64,000 nt of DNA from an uncultured Christensenella sp. (GTDB lineage Bacteria > Bacillota > Clostridia > Christensenellales > UBA1242): positions 71,170-135,169 of the forward strand of contig CAZMBC010000002.1 in the NCBI GenBank assembly GCA_964564685.1, read 5' to 3'. The notes under the pieces were generated by a model that did no database searches, was not told where the DNA came from, and was given only the letters and a program-made list of their open reading frames with translations. Both the position numbers and the translations under genes were made by a program. This document shows, piece after piece, positions 27,588-37,024 of the stretch (position 1 is the stretch's first letter; each line of letters begins with the position of its first letter).

Positions 27588-29042
27588 TTGGCAAACGGGA
27601 TAGATATGAGAAAAAAAGAGATAGAACGGCGTTTGGAACAGGTGGAAAAGCAGATTAGATACAAAAAAGAAAATTGTCGTTTAGAAACCTATAACACGGG
27701 TAACAAGGTGCATTTAAAACAACTTATGTTCCACAAATGTCAAAAAAGAAACAGGTGGGTTTTTGGCGGAAACCGAAGCGGAAAAACCGAGTGTGGCGCG
27801 GTGGAAACAATTTGGTTGGCGCGAGGGATACACCCGTTTAGACCAAACAAACCTGACATAAGCTGTTGGGTGGTCTCGCTTTCTACACAGGTACAAAGAG
27901 ATGTGGCTCAAAGCAAAATTTTATATTACTTAAACAAAGATTGGATAGTGGATATTATTATGCTTTCGGGTAAAAAATCCTCTGCAAAAATGGGCGTAAT
28001 AGATACCATATTAATTAAAAATGTATTTGGCGGAGTAAGTAAAATTGGCTTTAAAAGTGTTGACCAAGGTCGCGAAAAATTTCAAGGAACGTCGCTTGAC
28101 TTTGTGTGGTTTGACGAAGAACCGCCCTACGATATTTATACCGAATGTAAAATGCGTGTTATTGATAAGGATGGAGAAATATTTGGAACAATGACACCAC
28201 TTAAGGGACTGACATGGGTGTATCACACAATATATTTAAACGAAAGCAACTCACCTGAAAACTGGTACATCCAAATGGAGTGGAACGACAATCCGTTCTT
28301 AAGCAAAAAAGACTTAAAGGAACTAGAAAATTCTTTAAGCGAGGAGGAATTAAATGAACGAAAACTTGGTTTATTTTCTGGCCATAGCGGGCTTGTTTAT
28401 AGCGAATTTAATGAATGTGTTAATGTTATAGAACCTTTTAATGTGCCCAAAGAATGGTACGACAAAATATCAATTGACCCTGGTTTTAAAAACCCTTTGA
28501 GCGCACACTGGTATGCGGTGGATTTTGATGGCAATGTGTATGTGATTGCCGAGCATTACGAAAAAGATAAAACTATTGAATATCACGCCCAAAAAATTTT
28601 GGAAATTTGCGATCGCTTGGGCTGGCACCGTAATTATAGTGGAAAGGTGGAGGCACTTATTGATAGCGCGGCAAATCAGCGTACTTTGGCAAGTGTGAAA
28701 AGTGTATCCGAACTATTTTTTGAACTAGATATTGCTGTTAACCCTAATGTTAATAAGGACTTGTTTACAGGAATTCAGCGTGTTAAAAGTTATTTTAAAA
28801 ACGCGCAAGGCAAGTCACGACTTTTTATATTTAAAAATTGTCCAAATCTTATTAGAGAAATTAAAGGCTACTTTTGGAACAAGGATGATGTGCCTTTTAA
28901 AAAGGATGACCATGCTTTAGATGAGCTAAGGTATTACATAATGTCAAGACCAGAAAACGCCCCTAAAAAACCCGAAAAAACTGCTGTTCAAAAAGATAAA
29001 GAACGACTATATAAAGCAATAAAATATTCTAACAGATATTAG
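27588..29042 (+). CDS. Terminase large subunit
   Basis: Walker A GGNRSGKT, Walker B VWFDEE, coupling motif TMTP, RNase H-like nuclease SIDPG...DSA...DHALDELRY. Confidence 0.93.
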   Translation: MANGIDMRKKEIERRLEQVEKQIRYKKENCRLETYNTGNKVHLKQLMFHKCQKRNRWVFGGNRSGKTECGAVETIWLARGIHPFRPNKPDISCWVVSLSTQVQRDVAQSKILYYLNKDWIVDIIMLSGKKSSAKMGVIDTILIKNVFGGVSKIGFKSVDQGREKFQGTSLDFVWFDEEPPYDIYTECKMRVIDKDGEIFGTMTPLKGLTWVYHTIYLNESNSPENWYIQMEWNDNPFLSKKDLKELENSLSEEELNERKLGLFSGHSGLVYSEFNECVNVIEPFNVPKEWYDKISIDPGFKNPLSAHWYAVDFDGNVYVIAEHYEKDKTIEYHAQKILEICDRLGWHRNYSGKVEALIDSAANQRTLASVKSVSELFFELDIAVNPNVNKDLFTGIQRVKSYFKNAQGKSRLFIFKNCPNLIREIKGYFWNKDDVPFKKDDHALDELRYYIMSRPENAPKKPEKTAVQKDKERLYKAIKYSNRY

Positions 29043-29049
29043 GTGGCAA

Positions 29050-29355
29050 ATGAAAAAAAAGTTAAAAAAATTGAATGAAGCGCTGTACAAAAAGGCGCTA
29101 GGTTATACTGCGGAGGAAATTAGTGAAGAGTATAGTTTGGTGGATAATGAGCTTGTGCTTTCCAAGCGCAAACTTAACACAAAAAACTATCCACCCGACC
29201 TTAACGCCTTGCAGTTTCTTTTGGGCGAACTAGAGGGTAAAGAAGAAAATGTGTACGAAAACTTTAGTTTAGAGGAGCTTGAGCAAGAGCGAAAGCGCTT
29301 GCGTGAACTGCTAGATAAAGGTGCAACCTCTGCGGGATTTAATCAAACTGAATAA
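29050..29355 (+). CDS. Terminase small subunit-like protein with no N-terminal HTH
   Basis: EALYKKALGY...KNYPPDLNALQFLL resembles the oligomerisation core of HTH-type phage TerS; the motif starts at about residue 10. Confidence 0.55.
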   Translation: MKKKLKKLNEALYKKALGYTAEEISEEYSLVDNELVLSKRKLNTKNYPPDLNALQFLLGELEGKEENVYENFSLEELEQERKRLRELLDKGATSAGFNQTE

Positions 29356-29364
29356 GGAGAAAAT

Positions 29365-29577
29365 ATGAAAATTGAGGAAATAACCTACAAGATATGTTGT
29401 GATATGCCTGGATGTGAAAACTTGGCAAAATACAGCCTGTTTAACACTAAGTCCAAAGGTGATGCATGCATTAACATGTGTGCAGATTGTGTAAGACAAC
29501 TATACGAAAACATAGGGGCGTTTTTGGTGCCCAAAAGTCCAAAAAATATATTAAACAACAATACAAAAAAGAGGTAA
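29365..29577 (+). CDS. Small Cys-rich, putative Zn-binding protein
   Basis: CDMPGC...CADC; good RBS AAGGAG. Confidence 0.6.
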   Translation: MKIEEITYKICCDMPGCENLAKYSLFNTKSKGDACINMCADCVRQLYENIGAFLVPKSPKNILNNNTKKR

Positions 29578-29579
29578 TT

Positions 29580-31457
29580 ATGACAGAATTAAACAATGAA
29601 TTATCAAATGATAAAATGCTTGTTCATGAGGTGTTAGAAGATTTTAAACAGCGCCAAATAAACAAACGCGCATTTGAAAGCACTTGGCAGTTAAACATCA
29701 ACTTTTTGCTAGGAAATCAGTATTGCTTTTTAAATGGAAAAAATGACCTTATAGATGAGAAAAAACAGTTTTTTTGGCAGGAGCGAGAAGTGTTTAACCA
29801 CATTGCACCAATTGTGGATTTGCGTATGTCCAAGCTGGCAAAAATTCGTCCTGCACTAACAATCGTGCCTTTTAGTGATGACCCAAAGGATATTGCTTGT
29901 GCAAAGGTAAGCAAAAATCTTATTAAGTCAATTTCATATGATTTAAATCTAAATAGCATTATTGCAAAAGCAACCATGTGGAGTGAAATTACTGGCACAT
30001 CTTTTTACAAAGTAAGTTGGAATGCGCAAAAAGGTCGTTTGGTTTCTTATGACGAAAATGGAGCACCTGTTTATGAGGGCGAAGCAGAAATAACAGCCGT
30101 ATCGCCATTTGAAATTTATCCCGACAGCAACACATATAGTCAGGTGGATGATTGCAAAAGCATTATTCACGCAAGGGCTTATCAGGTAGATGAAATTAAA
30201 AATATTTGGGGAGTAGATGTAAAGGGTGATGACATTGATGTGTTCTCGCTTGAAAGTATTACAAATCTTGGTGGGTTAGGATATCAGGCTAGCGCTACAA
30301 GTGTAGGCAAAAAAATGCAGAAAAACCATGCAGTTGTTATTGAACGCTATGAAGCCCCTAGTGTTGAATTCCCTAATGGGCGATTGGTTATTGTGGCGGG
30401 TGAGCGCCTTATACATGTTGGCGAATTGCCATACGAAAACCAACTTAACTCAAAACGCGGTTTCCCGTTTATAAAACAATGCTGCTTGCCAGTTCCAAAT
30501 TCGTTTTGGGGAACAAGTATCATAGAACGCTGTATACCCGTTCAGCGCGCATACAATGCAGTTAAAAATCGTAAACACGAATTTTTAAACCGTATTTCAA
30601 TGGGAGTTTTGGCTGTTGAGGATGGTTCGGTTGATATTGAAAATTTGGAAGACGAAGGATTGTGTCCTGGCAAAATTTTGGTGTATAGACAAGGTGCTAC
30701 ACAACCTAAAATGCTTGCTTCCGAAACCATCCCTGCTTCGTTCGAAAACGAGGAAGATAGGCTACTAGAGGAGTTTTTAAACATAAGCGGGGTAAGTGAT
30801 ATGCTAACCAATCACACAATCAGAACGGGAAATATAAGTGGTGTTGCACTTCAGTTGCTTATGGAACAAGACGAGGAGCGTATTTTAACAAGTGCGGACG
30901 AAATAAAGTCTGGCGTTAAAGAAATTGCAAAACACATATTGCGACTTTATAAGCAATTTGCAGTTATTCCGCATACTTCACGCTTGGTGGGTGAAAATGG
31001 TGGAATTGAGATGTTCTATTGGAAAAATTCGGACATCACAAGTGAAGATGTTGTATTTGAAACTGAGAACGAACTAACGCAAACAGTCACACAAAAACGT
31101 TCCTTTATTTACGACCTTTTAAACACAGGTTTGCTACAAGACGAAAGTGGAAAAATGACAAATTCTACCAAACAAAAAGTGCTTGAACAGCTAGGATTTG
31201 GTATTTGGGATAATACGCAGGATTTGCGTAGTTTGCAAACAAATAGAGCAAATGATGAAAATTACAACTTGATTAAAACACATGAAATTAATGCGCCAAT
31301 GGAAATTGATGACCATAATATTCACATAAACGAGCACGTATGTTTTATGTTAGGAAAAGAGTTTGAAAAGGCGGTCAAGCACAATCCTGACATTCAACAA
31401 ACTATGCTAGCTCATATTCGCGAACATAAAAAATGCAACAATCAAAATCATGAATAA
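29580..31457 (+). CDS. Phage portal protein (P22/T7-like size)
   Basis: ~625 aa, follows terminase; FNHIAPIVD, FWGTSIIE, ISGVAL motifs; RBS GAGGT before ATG 29580. Confidence 0.82.
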   Translation: MTELNNELSNDKMLVHEVLEDFKQRQINKRAFESTWQLNINFLLGNQYCFLNGKNDLIDEKKQFFWQEREVFNHIAPIVDLRMSKLAKIRPALTIVPFSDDPKDIACAKVSKNLIKSISYDLNLNSIIAKATMWSEITGTSFYKVSWNAQKGRLVSYDENGAPVYEGEAEITAVSPFEIYPDSNTYSQVDDCKSIIHARAYQVDEIKNIWGVDVKGDDIDVFSLESITNLGGLGYQASATSVGKKMQKNHAVVIERYEAPSVEFPNGRLVIVAGERLIHVGELPYENQLNSKRGFPFIKQCCLPVPNSFWGTSIIERCIPVQRAYNAVKNRKHEFLNRISMGVLAVEDGSVDIENLEDEGLCPGKILVYRQGATQPKMLASETIPASFENEEDRLLEEFLNISGVSDMLTNHTIRTGNISGVALQLLMEQDEERILTSADEIKSGVKEIAKHILRLYKQFAVIPHTSRLVGENGGIEMFYWKNSDITSEDVVFETENELTQTVTQKRSFIYDLLNTGLLQDESGKMTNSTKQKVLEQLGFGIWDNTQDLRSLQTNRANDENYNLIKTHEINAPMEIDDHNIHINEHVCFMLGKEFEKAVKHNPDIQQTMLAHIREHKKCNNQNHE

Positions 31458-31469
31458 AAAGAGGATAAG

Positions 31470-32108
31470 ATGGAAGAAATACAAAAATTAAATGGAGAAC
31501 AACCACAAGACAACGGCTCTACTGCAACGGCAGAATTTGACGAAATAGCATCGGCGTCAGAAGGCTCTCCATTAGGTAAATTTAAAGATGCCAACAGCCT
31601 GCTTAACGCGTATAACAACTTGCAAAGCGAGTTTACAAAAAAGTGCCAAAAGTTAAGCGAGTTGGAAAAGCTTGGGATGCGTGATAATGCTTCTGAAGAT
31701 GTTTCGGAAACACCATGCTATCTTAAGGAAGATTGGCATAGCACTTTGGCGGAGTTTTTAAACACCCATAAAAGTGCAAAGGTGTTTGTAAACGAAATTG
31801 CAGAGGAAATTAGTAAAGATAAGGTTTTGGCATGTGGCAAAAACCCCTTGAATATTGCTTATGCAAAAGTTTTGGACAAACACTACAAAACAAATGAGGA
31901 ACTGTTTAAAGATGACAAATTTTTGAATGAATATCTTAAAAACAACCCTCAAATTGTTAACGACATTGTTAAAAAATATTTAGCTGAACTGCCAAAAACT
32001 CCACGAGTTATGGCGGAAACACGAGGATGCGCAACTACGCTTACGCCAGCAGTTCAACCTAAAGATTTAAATGAGGCAATGAGTATGGCACAACTTTTAT
32101 TTAAATAA
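31470..32108 (+). CDS. Capsid scaffolding protein
   Basis: Acidic N-terminus, LLNAYNNLQSEFTKKCQKLSELEK coiled coil, C-terminal helix; lies between portal and capsid. Confidence 0.7.
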   Translation: MEEIQKLNGEQPQDNGSTATAEFDEIASASEGSPLGKFKDANSLLNAYNNLQSEFTKKCQKLSELEKLGMRDNASEDVSETPCYLKEDWHSTLAEFLNTHKSAKVFVNEIAEEISKDKVLACGKNPLNIAYAKVLDKHYKTNEELFKDDKFLNEYLKNNPQIVNDIVKKYLAELPKTPRVMAETRGCATTLTPAVQPKDLNEAMSMAQLLFK

Positions 32109-32124
32109 TTTATAAGGAGAAAAT

Positions 32125-33315
32125 ATGGTAACATTAGACACCGCAGATAAAGCGTTAAAAACAGTATATTTGGGCGTTATTTCCAACCAACTAAATGTAA
32201 ATACAAACCCTTTATTTGCAAAAATTAAACAATCTTCTACCTATGTAACAGGTAAGGAAGTAAGAAAAGTTGCACCTTTTGGTATCAATGGCGGTATTGG
32301 TGCAGGTGCAGAAGATGGACCGCTTCCTTTAGCAGGCGGAAACAACTATGTTCAATTTGTTAGCCAACTTAAAAACTTGTATGGAACAATTGAAATTTCG
32401 GATAAGGCAATACGAGCAAGCCAAAACAACGCTGGCGCATTCGTAAATCTTTTAAATGCTGAAATGGAAGGCCTTATCAAAGCAAGCGCTTATAACTTTA
32501 GCAGAATGCTTTATGGAAACGGCTCGGGCTTTTTAGCAGAATTAACATCTGCAGCATCAAGTAGTTCAGCACAAAGTGAAGTTGTAACAGTTGATAGTGT
32601 TCAGAACTTAATTGAAGGTATGACAGTTGATGTTATAGACTCTACAGATAATAGCAAATTGTATGGTGGTTTAAGAATTGTTTCTATTAACAAAACCAAT
32701 AAACAAGTAACATTAAACAAAAAAATCTATGTAGCAGATGTGTCAGATGGCGGTTTTAAACTTACTGTTCAAAACTCTCTTATGAACGAGATTACAGGTA
32801 TTGAAGCGTTGTTTGACCCAACAGTATCTACTTTGTACGGAGTTTCTAAATCAAGCAATCCTTGGTTAACCCCTTATACAAAAACAAACGCAGGAGCAAT
32901 TAGCGACGCGTTAATTCAAACAGCAATTGACGAGTTAGACGAAAATGTTGGTAGTGATATTGACTTTATTTCTTGTTCAAGTGCAGTTAAACGTGCTTAC
33001 CAAACCTATTTAAGCACATATCGCAGAAATATTGATACAATGGAGCTTAATGGTGGTTTTAGAGCAATAAGCTATGGTGGAATTCCTATCATGAGCGATC
33101 GCTTTGTTGGTGGCCAAAATATGTTGCTTTTAAATACCAAAGAGTTTACATTGCATCAGCTTTGCGATTGGCAATGGTTGGAAGGTGATGACGGTTCCGT
33201 TCTAAAACAAAAAGCAGGCTACCCAGCATATACCGCAACCCTTGTAAAATATGCCGAATTAATTTGCGATAAACCATCTGGTCAAGGCAAAATAAGTGGC
33301 ATTACTATTTCTTAA
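32125..33315 (+). CDS. Major capsid protein (HK97 fold)
   Basis: 396 aa; KNLYGTIEISDKAI, RMLYGNGSG, SYGGIPIMSDRF, LVKYAELICDKP; position after scaffold. Confidence 0.85.
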   Translation: MVTLDTADKALKTVYLGVISNQLNVNTNPLFAKIKQSSTYVTGKEVRKVAPFGINGGIGAGAEDGPLPLAGGNNYVQFVSQLKNLYGTIEISDKAIRASQNNAGAFVNLLNAEMEGLIKASAYNFSRMLYGNGSGFLAELTSAASSSSAQSEVVTVDSVQNLIEGMTVDVIDSTDNSKLYGGLRIVSINKTNKQVTLNKKIYVADVSDGGFKLTVQNSLMNEITGIEALFDPTVSTLYGVSKSSNPWLTPYTKTNAGAISDALIQTAIDELDENVGSDIDFISCSSAVKRAYQTYLSTYRRNIDTMELNGGFRAISYGGIPIMSDRFVGGQNMLLLNTKEFTLHQLCDWQWLEGDDGSVLKQKAGYPAYTATLVKYAELICDKPSGQGKISGITIS

Positions 33316-33330
33316 TAGAAAACAATATAT

Positions 33331-33360
33331 GGGGTAAGTTTATTCTTGCCCCTTTATTTT
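33331..33360 (+). terminator. Intra-operon terminator or stabilising hairpin after the capsid gene
   Basis: GGGGTAAG-TTTATT-CTTGCCCC-TTTATTTT. Confidence 0.65.
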
Positions 33361-33373
33361 TAAAGGAGGAGTT

Positions 33374-33754
33374 ATGAAAATTCTAATACAAAACGATATG
33401 TTTAATATCGCTAAACGATTAAAAAATATAGACAGTGATTATTTTGTTTTGTTTAATACAAAAAACAAAAAATTCGAGTTGCACAACTCTGCACAGGGTA
33501 AAAGCACCTATTGCTTAACTTTTCCTTTTGACACACTGGATGCGCGTGCTATTGAGCACACCTTTAAAACTAGTGTACGAAACTCCAGTAAGATTTTTTT
33601 TGAGATTGAAGAAACAAATAATAAAATTGAAACAGCGCAAAACGAAAAAATTTTAGACGAATGTAAATGTATTTTTAAGGATATATACAATTATTCTAAC
33701 GCCCACACAAAAGATTTTGATGTGGAAGATATATATAAAAACAAATGGATTTAA
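33374..33754 (+). CDS. Phage-module hypothetical protein
   Basis: 126 aa, strong RBS AAGGAGGAG, inside the morphogenesis operon. Confidence 0.65.
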   Translation: MKILIQNDMFNIAKRLKNIDSDYFVLFNTKNKKFELHNSAQGKSTYCLTFPFDTLDARAIEHTFKTSVRNSSKIFFEIEETNNKIETAQNEKILDECKCIFKDIYNYSNAHTKDFDVEDIYKNKWI

Positions 33755-33768
33755 AAAAAGGAGAAAAT

Positions 33769-34329
33769 ATGACTGTAAAACAAATAATAACGGATGTTGC
33801 ATACTTACTGGATGATAACCGATTGCTTACTGCAATTAATACAGATAATTTTGCTGGACACTTACAAAATGAACAAAACCTTTTAGTAAAATGTGTAAAT
33901 TTTGTCAATAACATTATAGCAACTGACTACTTTCCCCTTATTTCTAGCAAAAAACTGCTAACAAATGTAAATACTGTGCCATTTTCAGACATAACAAAAT
34001 CAACTATTTTTGACATCTTGCAAGTAAAAGACGATTACGGATATGTTACGCCGTTTAAGGTTACTAATGAAGGAGTAGAAACTGTTAAAGGCAATATCAC
34101 AATTAAGTATGCATATTTGCCAGAAGATGTAACTTACGATTCAAGTATAACAGCTTATCCTATTAAAATTAACACACGTATTTTTGCCTACGGAGTTGCA
34201 AGTGAATACTTGTTTATAAAAGGCAATTACGATGATGGTGAAATCTGGGAAGAACGTTTTAAAAATGCAATGAAAGCCTTGCAAAGAACACGAAAAAATG
34301 TTGTTATGCCTAAAAGAAGGTGGAAATAA
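33769..34329 (+). CDS. Putative head-tail adaptor (T7 gp11/P22 gp4-like role)
   Basis: ~186 aa; C-terminal YGVASEYL...WEERFKNAM helical pattern; position after capsid; RBS before ATG 33769. Confidence 0.55.
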   Translation: MTVKQIITDVAYLLDDNRLLTAINTDNFAGHLQNEQNLLVKCVNFVNNIIATDYFPLISSKKLLTNVNTVPFSDITKSTIFDILQVKDDYGYVTPFKVTNEGVETVKGNITIKYAYLPEDVTYDSSITAYPIKINTRIFAYGVASEYLFIKGNYDDGEIWEERFKNAMKALQRTRKNVVMPKRRWK

Positions 34330-35825
34330 TGATTGGCAAGGAAGGTGGTAAAAAATTAAAATACAAGCTTTTTAACTATGCAAATTTTGAAGCAGGAATT
34401 AATACTGACATTGACGAGAATATTATTCCTATGAATGTTTCTACAAATTCATACAATTTTTCATATAAAAATGGTGCGCTAACCACTGGAATGGGTGTTG
34501 GCGACCTTAAAATACGATATGACTTAACTGACGAAGAAAAAATAAGGGGTATAAGATATCCTGAAGATGTGGAACTTTTAACAATATGGAACTATGAAAA
34601 TTATTTTTCTGAAACTGAAACGCTTAGTAGATGGTTAATATTTTATGGTTCGGATAAACGCATTTACATGCATTACATGTATATTAATAGCGGAACTATT
34701 TTGCCACTATCTTCAACTTTGCAGGTAGAAAGCGTACCTAAATTTATGTTTTATCGTATTAATGGTGACCCTTATTATATTTTTATAACCAAGGATGCTG
34801 GCATGCAAGCTTACAATATGAGAAATCAGGCATTGCGAACTATAACAAATATTCCTACTATTAATAGTTATTGCATACATAATAACAGACTGTATGTAAC
34901 AGATGTGGACCATAAAAATCAGGTTTGGTATTCGCATGAAGATGACCCAACAAATTGGGCTATTAACAGTGATGATTCAGGAAGCATTGAATTTAAAGAT
35001 AGACGAGGAAATTGCTTAAAGGTTGTTGCATTTGAAGACTATGTATATGTGTTTAGAGAGTATGGCATTTCAAAAATTACCGCACACAAACAGCAAAGTG
35101 AACCACAAACCGAAAATATGTTTTTATCTAGTAATAGCATAAAAGGTGATACCGTTTGCGTATGCGGAGATAAGATATTGTTTATGACTACTGACGGCTT
35201 ATATTCATTTAACGGCAATACAGTTTCTAAAATTGAGGTAAAAGTAGAAAGTTTGCTGCGAAAAATTACCAAGTATTTATGTGCAGAATATCATAATAAT
35301 GCCTATTATTTGGCATGTAAAATTAACTTTGATGATAACAATTTAATTGGGTGTGAGAAAAATGGAGACTATACCACAAACGCATTATTGAAATTTGATT
35401 TAACAACAAATGAGCTGTCAATTTTAAGAGGCGTTGATATAACTTTTATGAATGCAATTAAGGAAATTAACCAAAACTTTTTAGCAGTTGTGATTAAAGA
35501 AAATGATGTTCATAAAATTGGTGTTATAGACGAATCTGGTAAAGTTTTTAATAATAATTTAGCGAAGTACTGGAAGTCGGGCTGTTGGGATTTTGATATG
35601 CCAAACAAGAAAAAATTATTTAAAAAGTTTTATATAAATTGCGAAAAAGATGCTACCATCACTTTTATTGTTGATGGACAAAAATATGTGTATGAAATTT
35701 TAGGTTCAGAAGATACTATTACTCTGTCGCCAAATTTAAGAGGATATAATTTATCGGTAGAAATATCTGCAAGTGATCCCGAAACAAAAATTTCTGCACC
35801 AAAAATTATGGTAGGTTATCTATGA
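34329..35825 (+). CDS. Putative tail nozzle/stabilisation protein (P22 gp10/T7 gp12-like beta-propeller)
   Basis: ~498 aa, beta-rich; HNNRLY, VWYSHEDDPTNW, YWKSGCWDFDMPNKKKLFKK; TAATG coupling to the adaptor. Confidence 0.6.
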   Translation: MIGKEGGKKLKYKLFNYANFEAGINTDIDENIIPMNVSTNSYNFSYKNGALTTGMGVGDLKIRYDLTDEEKIRGIRYPEDVELLTIWNYENYFSETETLSRWLIFYGSDKRIYMHYMYINSGTILPLSSTLQVESVPKFMFYRINGDPYYIFITKDAGMQAYNMRNQALRTITNIPTINSYCIHNNRLYVTDVDHKNQVWYSHEDDPTNWAINSDDSGSIEFKDRRGNCLKVVAFEDYVYVFREYGISKITAHKQQSEPQTENMFLSSNSIKGDTVCVCGDKILFMTTDGLYSFNGNTVSKIEVKVESLLRKITKYLCAEYHNNAYYLACKINFDDNNLIGCEKNGDYTTNALLKFDLTTNELSILRGVDITFMNAIKEINQNFLAVVIKENDVHKIGVIDESGKVFNNNLAKYWKSGCWDFDMPNKKKLFKKFYINCEKDATITFIVDGQKYVYEILGSEDTITLSPNLRGYNLSVEISASDPETKISAPKIMVGYL

Positions 35826-37024
35826 TTAGCGGTAAAGATTATGCTTCAATTGCCTATACAAAAAGCGTAAAACTAGAGAAGGATAAAATCATCCAAGATA
35901 ATTATTTATATGCTCAAAAAATTCAAAGATTTAATCTACCAAAAAGAAGTTTTTATCAAAGTTATTCTAAAGGTTTTTTACTACAGTGTGAAGAAGGTAG
36001 CTGTGCAAATATTCAAATTTTTGGTGAACTTGATAATGAAGTAACGCTAGAGTTATTAATAAATGATGTGCTTATATTATCACAAACAGGTGCAAAATTT
36101 AACATCATAGATAACGTTACTGTCAGTAATTTATGTAATATTGTCATTAAACTTACATCTGATACATCTAGAAAAATTTTAAATTTTGTGCTGAAAATTA
36201 ATGCAAAATTTAAAAATGGTGTAAAAAGTGATAAAAGAACGATAAAGGGCACAAGAAATTTTTTACTAGTTTTAAACAAACTAGATGGTGACATGTATTA
36301 TGATAAGTATGTTGATTTTGATTCATTTAAAAATGGAATAAAAACTAAATGTGGACTATTGCCATATGCAAATATAATTGATACTGATTATTGTATTGAT
36401 CCAACTAATGCTAATGCAGTTAAGCAAGAATGTTTTTTGTTAAAATCTGGTAGTGAATTGGATGTAAAAATTGGTGACTTGGTAAGTAATATATGTAATG
36501 TTAAAGTTGATGTTGCTTGTATCAGTTTTTTAAAAAGCTCAACTGATGCTTTGGTGCAAGTTATTTATAGCATAGATAATGTTATTACTGTTTGTGTTGT
36601 GAAATGTGATGGGACAATTGTTAATACTTACACAATAACACCAAGTGTTAAATCGCCAATTAAGTTAATCGGATCAATTGTTAACTCTTGCTCAAGCTAT
36701 GTTAATGGGTTTTATTTTCTTACAGCAAACAATGAAGTTTATTTGTGTGTTAGAAGTACAGACACAGGTGAATTTTGTACGCCATTTAAATGTGGCATGG
36801 GTGAGGATAGCATGGCTTTTATGGGTGAGAATAAACTATATCTGTTTACATATATGAATAACTGCTTAGACTTGCAAGTTTTTTCTGTAACAACAGATGA
36901 TGTATGCCAGGATATAACTCGCTATGGCGTTTATAAATATTACAATTGTCAGGAAGGCTTTGTTTATGATGGCAACATTTATGTAATTTGTGATGACATA
37001 GTTACGCAGGTGGAAATTGAATAG
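35822..37024 (+). CDS. Beta-rich, Cys-rich hypothetical protein, candidate tail appendage or receptor-binding protein
   Basis: 400 aa, ATGA overlap with the upstream gene; visibly AT-rich. Confidence 0.5.
   Translation: MISGKDYASIAYTKSVKLEKDKIIQDNYLYAQKIQRFNLPKRSFYQSYSKGFLLQCEEGSCANIQIFGELDNEVTLELLINDVLILSQTGAKFNIIDNVTVSNLCNIVIKLTSDTSRKILNFVLKINAKFKNGVKSDKRTIKGTRNFLLVLNKLDGDMYYDKYVDFDSFKNGIKTKCGLLPYANIIDTDYCIDPTNANAVKQECFLLKSGSELDVKIGDLVSNICNVKVDVACISFLKSSTDALVQVIYSIDNVITVCVVKCDGTIVNTYTITPSVKSPIKLIGSIVNSCSSYVNGFYFLTANNEVYLCVRSTDTGEFCTPFKCGMGEDSMAFMGENKLYLFTYMNNCLDLQVFSVTTDDVCQDITRYGVYKYYNCQEGFVYDGNIYVICDDIVTQVEIE

Noticed and set aside
32125-33315. Encapsulin or other non-viral nanocompartment interpretation of the HK97-fold gene
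   Set aside because: It is accompanied by an intact terminase, portal and scaffold, which are DNA-packaging components that encapsulin operons lack.
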